From: Bacteroidales bacterium
Lineage (GTDB): Bacteria > Bacteroidota > Bacteroidia > Bacteroidales > PUMT01
Length of the DNA: 64,000 nucleotides
NCBI GenBank assembly: GCA_046483315.1
Contig: JAWODJ010000082.1
Span: 8,191 to 72,190 of the forward strand
Direction of reading: 5' to 3'
Shown: in pieces, positions 9,365 to 19,223 of the stretch
Layout of the letters: every line of letters starts with the position of its first letter
Position numbering within the stretch: the stretch's first letter is position 1
The notes under the pieces: generated by a model
Database searches by the model: none
The model's input: the letters and a program-made list of their open reading frames with translations, nothing else
What the model was told of the DNA's origin: nothing
Translations under genes and position numbers: made by a program

Positions 9365-12300
9365 ATGCATACTGAATCTGCTAAACTATATTCAGATATG
9401 CTTTTGATCAGATGTAATATACCAGGTAAGGGCATTAATGCCTTTCTTGGTATTTTTCTTTTTGTGCTGTCTCTCTCAAATGGTTTTACCCAACCAGGGA
9501 ATAATTCCGGCAATCTGCCGGAAAATTACCATTTCAATCAATTCACAGTTGATCAGGGATTATCACAAAACATGATTCATTCAATTCATCAGGACCATCT
9601 GGGATTTATCTGGATCGGAACCAAGGACGGTTTGAATATGTTTGACGGGTACAGTTTCAGGGTATTCAAATATGATCCGCTTGATGATCATTCACTTTCC
9701 GATAACCACATCACCGTCATATACGAAGATCCATTGCACAGATTGTGGGTCGGCACACTAAACGGCGGACTGCATTACTTTGACCGGATAACAGAGCGGT
9801 TTGTCCGCTTTTTGCATGATCCTGATAATGAAAACAGCATTTCAGGTAATCATATACAGTCTGTTACCGGTGATAACGATGGTAATTTATGGGCAGGCAC
9901 CAATGGAGGGGGGTTGAATAAACTGGTATTTACTTCGGGGGATTCTCTCCCGGGGAAAGACAATCTGAATATCGTCCGCTTTGACAGTCCCGGAAGTGGC
10001 TTTCCGGAGACCGGAGCGAGTATCCAGTCGCTTTTTATCGACAGTAATAACAGGTTGTGGATTGGCACGGCAAGGCATGTTTTTACCTTTGATTATTTAG
10101 TCAATGCATCCCCTTTCAATAATATACCGCTTCTTTTGAATGATTACACCGGTTCTCCTGAGGTAATAACATCAGGTGACACGAATGCAGGTGGCCGTGT
10201 GATATTTGAGGATAATAATGGTGATATCTGGATGGGCAACAGGCATGGTCTTTTTATTCTTGATGACGACCGTCAGTTATTCAGTCACTTTGGTCTCCGG
10301 GGGAAACCGTTTCCGCATGTTAATGTCAGGGCAGCAACTAATTTTAACAATCTGGGCAAAGAGGAGATATGGATAGGGAGTGGAAGTAAAATTTATATTC
10401 TGGATCCGTTAACCGGTGAATATGTAGAAGTTTCACGCAATAAATATCCGGACAGGGGATTGCAGCGGGGAGATATTATAAGTCTTTATTCCGACAATGG
10501 AAATTCAGTGTGGGTGGGCAGCAGCGGATACGGTCTTTCGCTTTTCAGTCCCGGTTCAAAAAAATTTGTCCATGCCAGTGACATGGTTCCGGAAGGTACG
10601 GGAACTCTGGTTTCATCACGGGATCTCAGTATAAGGAGCTTTTATGAAAGCACTTATGATCCCGGTACAATATGGATTGGGGCAAATCAGGGTCTTTTTA
10701 AAGTAAACCGGGAAAATCAGGTTATGGAGCATCTGCAGTCTTTCGGTACCTCCGGACAGCAAAACTTAATGATATTCAGCATTAATGGTGATGAAAACGG
10801 TTTGCTGTGGATAGGTACCAGACTGGGCCTTATCAGGTTTAACCCCGAAGACAAAAGTTATAAGATATTTCCTTCCCGCTTGTCTTATAAAGACGAGGGA
10901 ATTGAGACCAGGGTAAGCTATGTTCATATAAGCAATGGGAATATATGGGTGCTTACCCCTAACACTATTGCCCTGCTGGATCTGGAAACAGGAGAGTTTG
11001 CGCACACCAGGTATAACCACGAACCACTTGATCAGTACCGGGCAGCGGTTTTTCCAACCTTGTACGAGGACCGGCAGGGAAATTTCTGGATAGCTGCCAG
11101 TAACGGCCTTCATTATTTTGATGTTAAAAGCAGTGAAATTTCAAGTTACCCGGTAAATCCTTCTGGTTACCACAGCGGGCCTCTTAATGACATTACGGCT
11201 ATCCTGGCTGATCCTTCGGACCCGGACAGATTCCTGTGGCTGGGAACAAAAGGAGGATTCATCCGGTTTGATATCAAGTCAATGAGTATTGATGTCTTTA
11301 CTGAAAAGCATGGTCTTGCCAACAATATGGTTTACGGTATACTGTATGATGATGCCGGACATATCTGGATCAGCACTAACCGGGGCTTGTCGAGGTTCAG
11401 TATCGATGAAAAGGAATTTAAAAATTACACCAAAGCTGACGGTCTGCAGAGTAATGAATTCAATAGCGGAGCATATTATAAAAGTCCTCGGGGAGAACTG
11501 TTCTTCGGGGGAATAAACGGATATAACAGTTTCTTCCCCTCAGATATAGAGCAGAAGCACTTTATGGCTCCTGTTGTATTTACGGGTTTCAGAATACTCA
11601 ATAAAAACCTTGAACAGGATTCGTTAAAATCCTTATACAAGATCAATGAGGGCGGTTATGTGGATTTGACTTACGGGCAAAACAGTTTTACAATAGATTT
11701 TGCCTCTCTTGATTTTGCCAGTCCCGAAAATAATTCATTTGCTTACAGCATGACAGCTTCAGGGGAGAGATGGATCGGGACCGGTAACAGCAGAAGTATT
11801 ACTTTCACAGGTTTAAGGCCTGGAATATACAGCCTCAGGGTAAGAGGGACCAATAGCGACGGTGTATGGAGTGACCGGGAGGCTTCGTTGAAGATAACAA
11901 TTGCCGTACCCTGGTGGCAGCAGACCTGGATATACCTTTTGTATCTTTTTGTGGTGGCGGTAATAATTTTAGGTTTTCGCAAATATGAATTAACACACAT
12001 CCGTCTCAAAGACCGTATGAAAATTGCGGATTTTGAAACTAAAAAACTCAAAGAGCTGGATCATCTGAAATCACAATTTTTTGCCAATATCTCGCACGAG
12101 TTTCGTACCCCGCTTACCCTGATAAAGGGACCTCTGGAAGAACTAATCGATGAAGAGACCGATCCGCAAAAGATCAATGTCCTGAGAAAAATGCATACAA
12201 ATTCATCCAGGCTATTGCAACTTATCAACCAGGTACTCGACCTCTCAAGACTGGAAAGCGATAATTATAATCTCAAAGCCCAAACGGGTGATATAGTCGG

Positions 12301-13651
12301 CTATATTAAAGGAATTACCATGTCTTTTGCATCAATGGCTGATCAGAAAAAAATCAAACTGAGCATAGAAATGAGCCCTGATCTGGTAAATGAAGGATTG
12401 CCGGATAACTTTTATTTTGACCCGGATATAATCGATAAAATATTTAACAACCTTCTTTCCAATGCCTTAAAGTTTACCCCGGCAAATGGCAGTGTAACAG
12501 TAAAGGTATGTATGAAAAATGAAAAGGATAATACGGACAGGCTGGAATTCATTGTCACAGACACCGGAATTGGTATTCCTGCAGATAAGTTACCGTTTAT
12601 CTATGACCGGTTTTACCAGGTAGATTCAAGTTCCGTGCGGGAATATGAAGGTTCGGGAGTAGGTTTGGCCTATGTAAAAGAACTTGTCCGCGTTCATAAG
12701 GCAGAAATTCGTGTAAAAAGCTCTCCCGGCTCAGGAACAACCTTCAGTCTCCGATTTCCCCTGGGAAGGGATCATCTTTTGCCGGATCAGATAACTGTTC
12801 CTGTTAGGCAAGATCTTCCCGATCCGAAAAATTCAGATATCGTTGCTGATGACGGTTTTCCCGCATATATAAAAGGTAACATTCCGGAAACCAACGGTAA
12901 ACCATTGGTTTTGATTGTTGAAGATCATTCTGAGGTGAGAAACTACATCAATGAAGGAATTCATATGGAATACAAGGTTCTGGAGTCCTCCAATGCAAAA
13001 GAAGGATTTGCTATAGCAGAAGAGAAAATACCTGATCTGATAATAAGTGATGTTATGATGCCCGGAACGAATGGATATGAGTTCTGTGAAAAACTGAAAT
13101 CCGGGGATAAAACCAGTCACATTCCCGTTATAATGCTTACTGCGCGTGCCGAAGATACCGACAGGATAACAGGGTTTGAGTCCGGAGCTGATGGCTATCT
13201 TTACAAACCTTTTAATGTTAAAGAGTTGCGTATAAGAATCAAAAATCTCATTGACAGCAGAAGTGAATTGCGTGAAAGGTTCAGCTCCAACAGCATCATT
13301 AAACCAGGTGAGATCTCTGTGACTCCCCGTGATGCATCTTTTATGGAAATGCTGCTTAAGGTTGTGGAAAAGAATATTGATAACAGTGCTTTTTCAGTTG
13401 AAGACCTGGGAAGAGAAGTGGCAATGAGTCCTTCACAAATCCACCGGAAGTTAAAAGCTACTGTTAATATGCCTGCAAACCATTTTATCCGTTCAGTCAG
13501 GATGCACAGAGCTATGGATTTGTTGCGGAAAGAGGCAGGGAATATTTCAGAGATAGCCTATATGGTGGGTTATGATGATCCGGGGTATTTTACAAAATCC
13601 TTCCGCGCTTTTTTTGGTAAACTCCCTTCTGATATTAAAGATAGACAGTAG
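9365..13651 (+). CDS. Hybrid two-component system (beta-propeller sensor, Y_Y_Y, His kinase, receiver, AraC HTH)
   Basis: Repeated (L/I)WIGT propeller blades, GLQSNEF, one TM helix, H-box NISHEFRTPLTLI, NLLSNALKFT, DTGIGI, GSGVGL, receiver ISDVMMP, AraC EIAYMVGYDDPGYFTKSF. Confidence 0.95.
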   Translation: MHTESAKLYSDMLLIRCNIPGKGINAFLGIFLFVLSLSNGFTQPGNNSGNLPENYHFNQFTVDQGLSQNMIHSIHQDHLGFIWIGTKDGLNMFDGYSFRVFKYDPLDDHSLSDNHITVIYEDPLHRLWVGTLNGGLHYFDRITERFVRFLHDPDNENSISGNHIQSVTGDNDGNLWAGTNGGGLNKLVFTSGDSLPGKDNLNIVRFDSPGSGFPETGASIQSLFIDSNNRLWIGTARHVFTFDYLVNASPFNNIPLLLNDYTGSPEVITSGDTNAGGRVIFEDNNGDIWMGNRHGLFILDDDRQLFSHFGLRGKPFPHVNVRAATNFNNLGKEEIWIGSGSKIYILDPLTGEYVEVSRNKYPDRGLQRGDIISLYSDNGNSVWVGSSGYGLSLFSPGSKKFVHASDMVPEGTGTLVSSRDLSIRSFYESTYDPGTIWIGANQGLFKVNRENQVMEHLQSFGTSGQQNLMIFSINGDENGLLWIGTRLGLIRFNPEDKSYKIFPSRLSYKDEGIETRVSYVHISNGNIWVLTPNTIALLDLETGEFAHTRYNHEPLDQYRAAVFPTLYEDRQGNFWIAASNGLHYFDVKSSEISSYPVNPSGYHSGPLNDITAILADPSDPDRFLWLGTKGGFIRFDIKSMSIDVFTEKHGLANNMVYGILYDDAGHIWISTNRGLSRFSIDEKEFKNYTKADGLQSNEFNSGAYYKSPRGELFFGGINGYNSFFPSDIEQKHFMAPVVFTGFRILNKNLEQDSLKSLYKINEGGYVDLTYGQNSFTIDFASLDFASPENNSFAYSMTASGERWIGTGNSRSITFTGLRPGIYSLRVRGTNSDGVWSDREASLKITIAVPWWQQTWIYLLYLFVVAVIILGFRKYELTHIRLKDRMKIADFETKKLKELDHLKSQFFANISHEFRTPLTLIKGPLEELIDEETDPQKINVLRKMHTNSSRLLQLINQVLDLSRLESDNYNLKAQTGDIVGYIKGITMSFASMADQKKIKLSIEMSPDLVNEGLPDNFYFDPDIIDKIFNNLLSNALKFTPANGSVTVKVCMKNEKDNTDRLEFIVTDTGIGIPADKLPFIYDRFYQVDSSSVREYEGSGVGLAYVKELVRVHKAEIRVKSSPGSGTTFSLRFPLGRDHLLPDQITVPVRQDLPDPKNSDIVADDGFPAYIKGNIPETNGKPLVLIVEDHSEVRNYINEGIHMEYKVLESSNAKEGFAIAEEKIPDLIISDVMMPGTNGYEFCEKLKSGDKTSHIPVIMLTARAEDTDRITGFESGADGYLYKPFNVKELRIRIKNLIDSRSELRERFSSNSIIKPGEISVTPRDASFMEMLLKVVEKNIDNSAFSVEDLGREVAMSPSQIHRKLKATVNMPANHFIRSVRMHRAMDLLRKEAGNISEIAYMVGYDDPGYFTKSFRAFFGKLPSDIKDRQ

Positions 13652-13741
13652 TAAATTTTCAAACTTCTCCTTTCCCGCTGCTGTGTCAAATATTTCCCTG
13701 TCTTTGACAGAATCTTACCAGTGCATTTTCTGCATGGTGCC

Positions 13742-13749
13742 TACCTTTG
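13742..13749 (+). promoter_or_regulatory. Bacteroidota -7 element (TACCTTTG) for the peroxiredoxin
   Basis: Exact TAnnTTTG about 65 nt upstream of the ATG at 13814. Confidence 0.55.
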
Positions 13750-13813
13750 CCCTGTTCAAACTAAAATTATTTTTATTAATTAAACTATTTACAAACTTTA
13801 AAAATTTATTATT

Positions 13814-14554
13814 ATGAAAAAAGGTATTTTATTTACAGCATTATTTTTGTTTTCAGTCGCACTGGTAATGTCTCAGGGCAGAAGAAATCCGGGAAGCAAT
13901 ACTATTCCTTTGATTGGAGTGGAAGCCCCCTCCTTCACTGCTGAATCTACCATGGGTACAGTTAACTTTCCGGCGGACTTTGGAGCTAACTGGAAAATAA
14001 TTTTTGCTCACCCCAAAGATTTTACTCCTGTATGTTCATCTGAGATTTTGGAACTTGCCTATCATCAGGAAAGTTTTAACAATTTAAATGCCAGTCTTTT
14101 AGTTCTTTCAACCGATGTTTTGTCGCAGCATTTTCTCTGGAAATCAGCCCTGGAAGAGATAAATTATAAAGACAGGGGGGCGATGAACATTAACTTCCCT
14201 CTTGTTAGTGATGATTCATACAGGGTGTCAAAACTTTATGGCATGATCCATTCTGAAGAAAGCATAGGTGAAAATATTCGTGGGGTATTTATTATTGATC
14301 CGGACAACAAGGTCAGAACAATCCTCTATTATCCCAATGAAGTGGGAAGAAACATTGATGAGTTGAAGAGGACCCTTATTGCCCTCCAGACAACAAAAAA
14401 TGACAATAATGTGGTTACACCGGCTAACTGGCAACCGGGTGACGATTATTTGGTTCCTGTCATTTCTGCACAGGAAAAGGCAGATATAGGCAGCCCTGAT
14501 TCTCCTTATTATCAGTTGTCATGGTTTATGACCTATCTGAAAAACAGGAAATAG
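13814..14554 (+). CDS. Peroxiredoxin (Prx6/1-Cys type) with an N-terminal signal peptide
   Basis: HPKDFTPVCSSE peroxidatic motif, RGVFIIDP, YPNEVGRNIDE, TPANWQPGD; single Cys; MKKGILFTALFLFSVALVMSQ leader. Confidence 0.88.
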   Translation: MKKGILFTALFLFSVALVMSQGRRNPGSNTIPLIGVEAPSFTAESTMGTVNFPADFGANWKIIFAHPKDFTPVCSSEILELAYHQESFNNLNASLLVLSTDVLSQHFLWKSALEEINYKDRGAMNINFPLVSDDSYRVSKLYGMIHSEESIGENIRGVFIIDPDNKVRTILYYPNEVGRNIDELKRTLIALQTTKNDNNVVTPANWQPGDDYLVPVISAQEKADIGSPDSPYYQLSWFMTYLKNRK

Positions 14555-14582
14555 TCTGTTTTCTTTATCTTAAAATAATCAG

Positions 14583-14614
14583 AGAGACATGCAAAAGTTT
14601 TTGTGTGTCTTTTT
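14583..14614 (+). terminator. Probable intrinsic terminator after the peroxiredoxin
   Basis: agacatgcaaaa / ttttgtgtgtct stem (with G-U pairs) followed by a T-run. Confidence 0.55.
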
Positions 14615-14783
14615 GTTATTTTATACATCCAGTTGCCACTCCTGCGACAGCATAAGCAGGTTTTGGCAATACCGGATTTTCATTCTGGTCAGGTTATTGC
14701 AATCCTGTTAATAACCTTAGCGGTAATGAACAAAATCCGGCAATAATATGTTTGATTATTGATATGTATAAAATAATAGATTT

Positions 14784-15143
14784 ATGGATATTAATAATAA
14801 AATAAAAAACCTGTTCAAAATAATTGACCGGATGGATGCAGCTTCATTTTCCTCTTTTCTCACTGATGATGTAAAGTTCCGTTTCGGTAATATGCCGGCA
14901 GTTGAAGGTAAGGACAATGTCGTGGAGGCTGTAAGCGGATTCTATGGCAGTATAAGATCCTTGTCTCACGATATTGATAATATTTGGGAAAATGAAGGAG
15001 TGGTTGTCTGCAACGGGACAGTGACCTATACGAGGCATGATTCTTCAAAGCTTAGTGTCCCCTTTGCAAATATCTTTAAGATGAAGGGTGACCGTATAAA
15101 AGAGTATCTGATATACGCCGATATATCTGAACTTTATAAATAA
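14784..15143 (+). CDS. SnoaL/NTF2-like protein
   Basis: 119 aa; FLTDDVKFRFGNMPAVEG, GTVTYTRHD, IKEYLIYAD. Confidence 0.8.
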   Translation: MDINNKIKNLFKIIDRMDAASFSSFLTDDVKFRFGNMPAVEGKDNVVEAVSGFYGSIRSLSHDIDNIWENEGVVVCNGTVTYTRHDSSKLSVPFANIFKMKGDRIKEYLIYADISELYK

Positions 15144-15146
15144 GGC

Positions 15147-15890
15147 TCATTGCCTTAATGCAGCCCTGGTAAAAATATGCTCCGGTATATCCTGGTCGAA
15201 TTTTATACCGGTCATTTTAAATTCCGTGCCTTCACCCTGTTTCAGCATATCCCGGTAGATTATCCGTGTAGGGAACCAACGACCCTCAATATTTTCTACA
15301 TCAAACAATTCCGTACGTTTGAGCAATTGTCCGCTTTTTGCAAAGAGCTCCTCCCTGAGAGGCACATAACGTTCTGTATCTATCCAGATCTTTCTTGAAT
15401 GGTATGTAACACCATCTGTTATGGCTGTTAGTTCAAGAAGCCAGGTGTTCCTCCCGTCGACTACTTCTTCGTTAATGACTTCGGCATCATAAACCTCGGT
15501 CAGTTTATGGGTTTCCATCATATCTTCGTACGAAAGGTCCGAACCCATTACCGATTGCCTGAGCATATGTCCCGATATCTGGATCACCCTGTCCGTCGAT
15601 GGCGAATAGATCCACAGCTGGTTTTCGAGTTTCAGCATCTTGGTGCCGGCTTCCCTTGGCGGGGAAAGATACTCGGTAAAGGACTTCTCATCTCCTACTG
15701 CATAGGTAATGGCCTCTATGGTGCGACTACTGCGCCGGCCGTGAATTGTCATTGACGACTCCACTATCCGGTTTTCCGAGTACATGTTGCGGTCAACCTC
15801 CTCCAGTATTTCAGTAGCATCCCGGGCAAACATTCCGGCACCCGGTAAAAGACTGATCAAAATCCAAACAACTGTTTTTATGTGGTTCAT
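15147..15890 (-). CDS. Outer-membrane lipoprotein-sorting (LolA-like) periplasmic protein
   Basis: Signal peptide; YLSPPREAGTKML, WIYSPS, MGSDLSYEDM; last gene of an ABC operon. Confidence 0.8.
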   Translation of the reverse strand: MNHIKTVVWILISLLPGAGMFARDATEILEEVDRNMYSENRIVESSMTIHGRRSSRTIEAITYAVGDEKSFTEYLSPPREAGTKMLKLENQLWIYSPSTDRVIQISGHMLRQSVMGSDLSYEDMMETHKLTEVYDAEVINEEVVDGRNTWLLELTAITDGVTYHSRKIWIDTERYVPLREELFAKSGQLLKRTELFDVENIEGRWFPTRIIYRDMLKQGEGTEFKMTGIKFDQDIPEHIFTRAALRQ

Positions 15891-15946
15891 TTTTATTTGT
15901 ATTTTAACGATGATTATTATTTTGAGAAAACTCTTATTATCGTCTG

Positions 15947-17221
15947 CTAGGCTTCCAGTTCCTTAAACAGCCTTGCTGTCTCTCTTTTGAATATACCGAT
16001 CCCTGCCAGCATTGTTCCGGTAACGGTAGATAACAGGCCAGGGATAAGCCCTATGTAATAATCTGCCGGTGTGATTCTTGTCCTTATCGTATCGGGCATC
16101 ATCAGAGAGGCTCCTTCCATCATTCCGGATATGTCAATTCCCCGTACCTGTACAATATAGGCAAAAAGCAGGCCGAACCCTGTACCAATTATTGTACCTG
16201 TAAAGCCAATGAATACTGATTCCCAGATCATTGATCTGTATATGTGACCCTTTTCCTCGCCCATGGCAATACGTATACCTATCTCCCCGTACCGCCGCAG
16301 TCCCCCCAGAAGACCGGCATTCCACAGTACCAGCGACATAGCTATAATAAATATCATTGTGAGATACCATGACCAGTAACCTGCCATTTCGACGTATGGC
16401 CCCATGGTGCCCTGCTGGCTCAGGCTTTTCATTACCGGGGTAAACTCATCTTCATCATCAGAATACATTCCGTTAAAATCTGAAGCCATCCTGACCGCAA
16501 TATCGTCATCATAAAAACCATCGGGAAGGAACCCTATTATTTCACCGGCGGCATCATCCATATCAAGCGCCAGCCTTATATCTTCAATATCGGCAATTAT
16601 TGTTCCCCTGTCCATTATTTCAATCCCGAATACCAGGGTGCCGGATACCCTGAAGTTATGCATGACCATTCCGCCATACATTGACGAGCCGATAAGAGTG
16701 ATCTCATCGCCGGGATCAACTTGCAGTCTCCGGGAAAAATTTTCACTAATCAGCACTTCTCCTCGATTATCCGGCATTGTGCCCCTTACCATTGAACCTG
16801 CAAGGTTAAGCCTTTCTGCTTCACGCGAATCAGGTGAAAACAGATCCAGTCCCAGTCCCATTGCAGGCCCCTGTGCCTTTGTTTCACCCGATTCATCCGG
16901 AGCGTCAATCAATCCCCCGAACTGTATCCTGGCCGCCCATTCCATGCCCGGGTATAATTCTTTCAGCTCATCCAGCATGTCACTGGCGCCGACCAGTGCA
17001 AGGTCATTTGGTACCTGGTCCATCTCTTCCGCATAGGCCCTGGTCATAATCTTAACATGACCAAAACTGAATCTTGCATTCATCTCAATGGTGTCTCCCA
17101 TAAAACCGGTGATGTATGCATGCAGGAATACTGTAAGCATTACACCTATCGACACCACTATTACCGGCAGGCGGCTGCGGCTTTTATCGCGCAGCAGGCC
17201 TTTAACAAGAAATCGTATCAT
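15947..17221 (-). CDS. ABC transporter permease (FtsX/LolE-MacB type)
   Basis: N-terminal TM, large periplasmic loop, three C-terminal TMs, EIGIRIAMG. Confidence 0.88.
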   Translation of the reverse strand: MIRFLVKGLLRDKSRSRLPVIVVSIGVMLTVFLHAYITGFMGDTIEMNARFSFGHVKIMTRAYAEEMDQVPNDLALVGASDMLDELKELYPGMEWAARIQFGGLIDAPDESGETKAQGPAMGLGLDLFSPDSREAERLNLAGSMVRGTMPDNRGEVLISENFSRRLQVDPGDEITLIGSSMYGGMVMHNFRVSGTLVFGIEIMDRGTIIADIEDIRLALDMDDAAGEIIGFLPDGFYDDDIAVRMASDFNGMYSDDEDEFTPVMKSLSQQGTMGPYVEMAGYWSWYLTMIFIIAMSLVLWNAGLLGGLRRYGEIGIRIAMGEEKGHIYRSMIWESVFIGFTGTIIGTGFGLLFAYIVQVRGIDISGMMEGASLMMPDTIRTRITPADYYIGLIPGLLSTVTGTMLAGIGIFKRETARLFKELEA

Positions 17222-18393
17222 TGCAGTTTCCCTCTTAGTGCTTCAGTTGGATTCATTTTAGCGATTTTGCGCGATGGCAGCCAGCTCACCACTGCTGTTG
17301 TGACAGTAAGCAGTAAAACAGTCGAAAGAACCAGTCCAACGCTGAACACGGGATAAAGTGTCTGAGCTATAGCCATACCAAACTGGCTGGCGTCCATAGG
17401 TATTGTAAACCCCACCCTGGCCTGCCAGATAAGAAACGGCAGACCGTATATCATGGCAGTGGCAAATGCAAGTAAAGCGTGCATTGTACCTTCTACGGTA
17501 AACAGCCCCACCACCTCTTTTCTGGTATACCCGAGGGCAATATATGTCCCGATCTCCTTCTGTCTCCGGAAAATTGACAGTACCTGGGTGTCAAAAATTG
17601 CCAGCATGGCAAGCAGTAGCAGAATACCATAAAGAACCGATTGTCCTGCTGTCTTTGTCTCCAGCATTTCATCCACCTGCCTGGTAAGCTGATCTTTGGT
17701 TTTCAGTATCCATTCTTCGGGCGCGGTCCTTGCCATATCGCTTTCGCGGAAGGTAACAGTTGTTGCATGCCCCTGAAGGCCCATCATATCCTGCAGCTGC
17801 TTAAGCGGAATGTAAACCTGTGCTGCTTCAGCAGAAGGCACATTGGAGTAGAAAATATCTGTGATAACTATTTCGGCGGCATCAAACGTACCTCCGGCAT
17901 CCCGCCACCGCATCGTTACCCGGTCACCCACGTCCAGTTTGGCGCTTTGTGCTGTCATGGCACCAATAAAAGCCGGTATTGCATCGGTGATAGTATCAAG
18001 TGTGTGTGCCGGAAGTTTAAAAATCGTTTGTCCCGGGTCAATACCCTTTATGCTGACGGACTGCATCCTGCCCTGGGGGAATATGGTACCCTGCACTATC
18101 AGGATCGGTTCCATATCGCCACGATCGATCTCATCACTGAACTGATCGGGTATGGGGGCATGACTTTCATAAAGAGTGAAATGGTCGTACGGATCATAAT
18201 TCTCATGCCAGTATTGTCCGCCACCGATCTCATAGTTGGTCATATCGGTCTTTGCCTGGTGATCCCAGCCCATCATAACTCCCTTAAGCCAGAGGATAAC
18301 TACAAAGGCAAAAGAGAGCACGATCACGTTGAGCCAGGTTCTCAGGCCTGCACCGATAAGGTTTCTGTAAGCAAGTTTTATCGCAAGCTTCAT
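17218..18393 (-). CDS. ABC transporter permease (FtsX/LolC-MacB type)
   Basis: LAYRNL, RRQKEIGTYIALG, PSRKIAKMNPTEALR; 4-nt overlap with the next permease. Confidence 0.9.
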   Translation of the reverse strand: MKLAIKLAYRNLIGAGLRTWLNVIVLSFAFVVILWLKGVMMGWDHQAKTDMTNYEIGGGQYWHENYDPYDHFTLYESHAPIPDQFSDEIDRGDMEPILIVQGTIFPQGRMQSVSIKGIDPGQTIFKLPAHTLDTITDAIPAFIGAMTAQSAKLDVGDRVTMRWRDAGGTFDAAEIVITDIFYSNVPSAEAAQVYIPLKQLQDMMGLQGHATTVTFRESDMARTAPEEWILKTKDQLTRQVDEMLETKTAGQSVLYGILLLLAMLAIFDTQVLSIFRRQKEIGTYIALGYTRKEVVGLFTVEGTMHALLAFATAMIYGLPFLIWQARVGFTIPMDASQFGMAIAQTLYPVFSVGLVLSTVLLLTVTTAVVSWLPSRKIAKMNPTEALRGKLQ

Positions 18394-18402
18394 ATATGTA
18401 TT

Positions 18403-19095
18403 TTAATTTTGTGACACTGTTTCGTCCCTGTCCACTCTGCCGTCAAGAAGGAATATTTTCCTGCGCAGGTAATTGATAACTTTTTCGTCATGTGTCGCGA
18501 AAAGAAATGTTGTCTTCAGCTCCTTATTGAGATTTTCCATTGTTTTCAGGATATTGTGGGAATTTTTGGCATCAAGGTTTGCCGTCGGTTCATCAGCCAG
18601 CACCAGTGATGGTTTTTTGACCATTGCCCTTGCAATTGCAACCCTCTGGCATTCACCGCCGGAAAGCTGCGGGGGCTTTGATCTCTCCTTGTCCGTGAGT
18701 CCAACCCATTCGAGTGCATCCATTACCATCTTTTTTCGTTTTGCATGATCATACTTCAGGAGAAGAAGGGGGAACTCGACATTTTCATAAACTGTGTGTA
18801 CCTGCAGAAGGTTATAGCTTTGGAAAATGAATCCCATGTTCTCCTTTCGCAGGCGTGCCGCTCCTTTAGCATTCAGGTCGCCGATAGATTGTCCCAGCAC
18901 CTCAACTTTGCCTTCAGAAGGGGAGTCAAGGGAGCCGATTATGTTAAGGAGCGTTGTTTTACCCGAGCCGCTCGGACCGATTAGGCCTGCGAACTCACCT
19001 TCACCAAAGTTCAGCACAATATCTTTAAGTGCAGTAAACTCTCCCTTTCCCATGGGAAAGCGTTTGATAAGGCCGATGATTTTGATTATTTCCAT
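18403..19095 (-). CDS. ABC transporter ATP-binding protein (LolD-like)
   Basis: Walker A GPSGSGKTT, LSGGECQRVAIARA, LADEPTANLD. Confidence 0.95.
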   Translation of the reverse strand: MEIIKIIGLIKRFPMGKGEFTALKDIVLNFGEGEFAGLIGPSGSGKTTLLNIIGSLDSPSEGKVEVLGQSIGDLNAKGAARLRKENMGFIFQSYNLLQVHTVYENVEFPLLLLKYDHAKRKKMVMDALEWVGLTDKERSKPPQLSGGECQRVAIARAMVKKPSLVLADEPTANLDAKNSHNILKTMENLNKELKTTFLFATHDEKVINYLRRKIFLLDGRVDRDETVSQN

Positions 19096-19223
19096 TTTAT
19101 GTCGGATTAATAGAAAATTATATTCCTGTTTTTTGTTTGTAGTTTATGATCTGTTCCCGGTTATCAATTCCTGTTTGTGACACTAAGCAGCCCGGATGAT
19201 TCATAATTCTTAAAGTTACTGGT

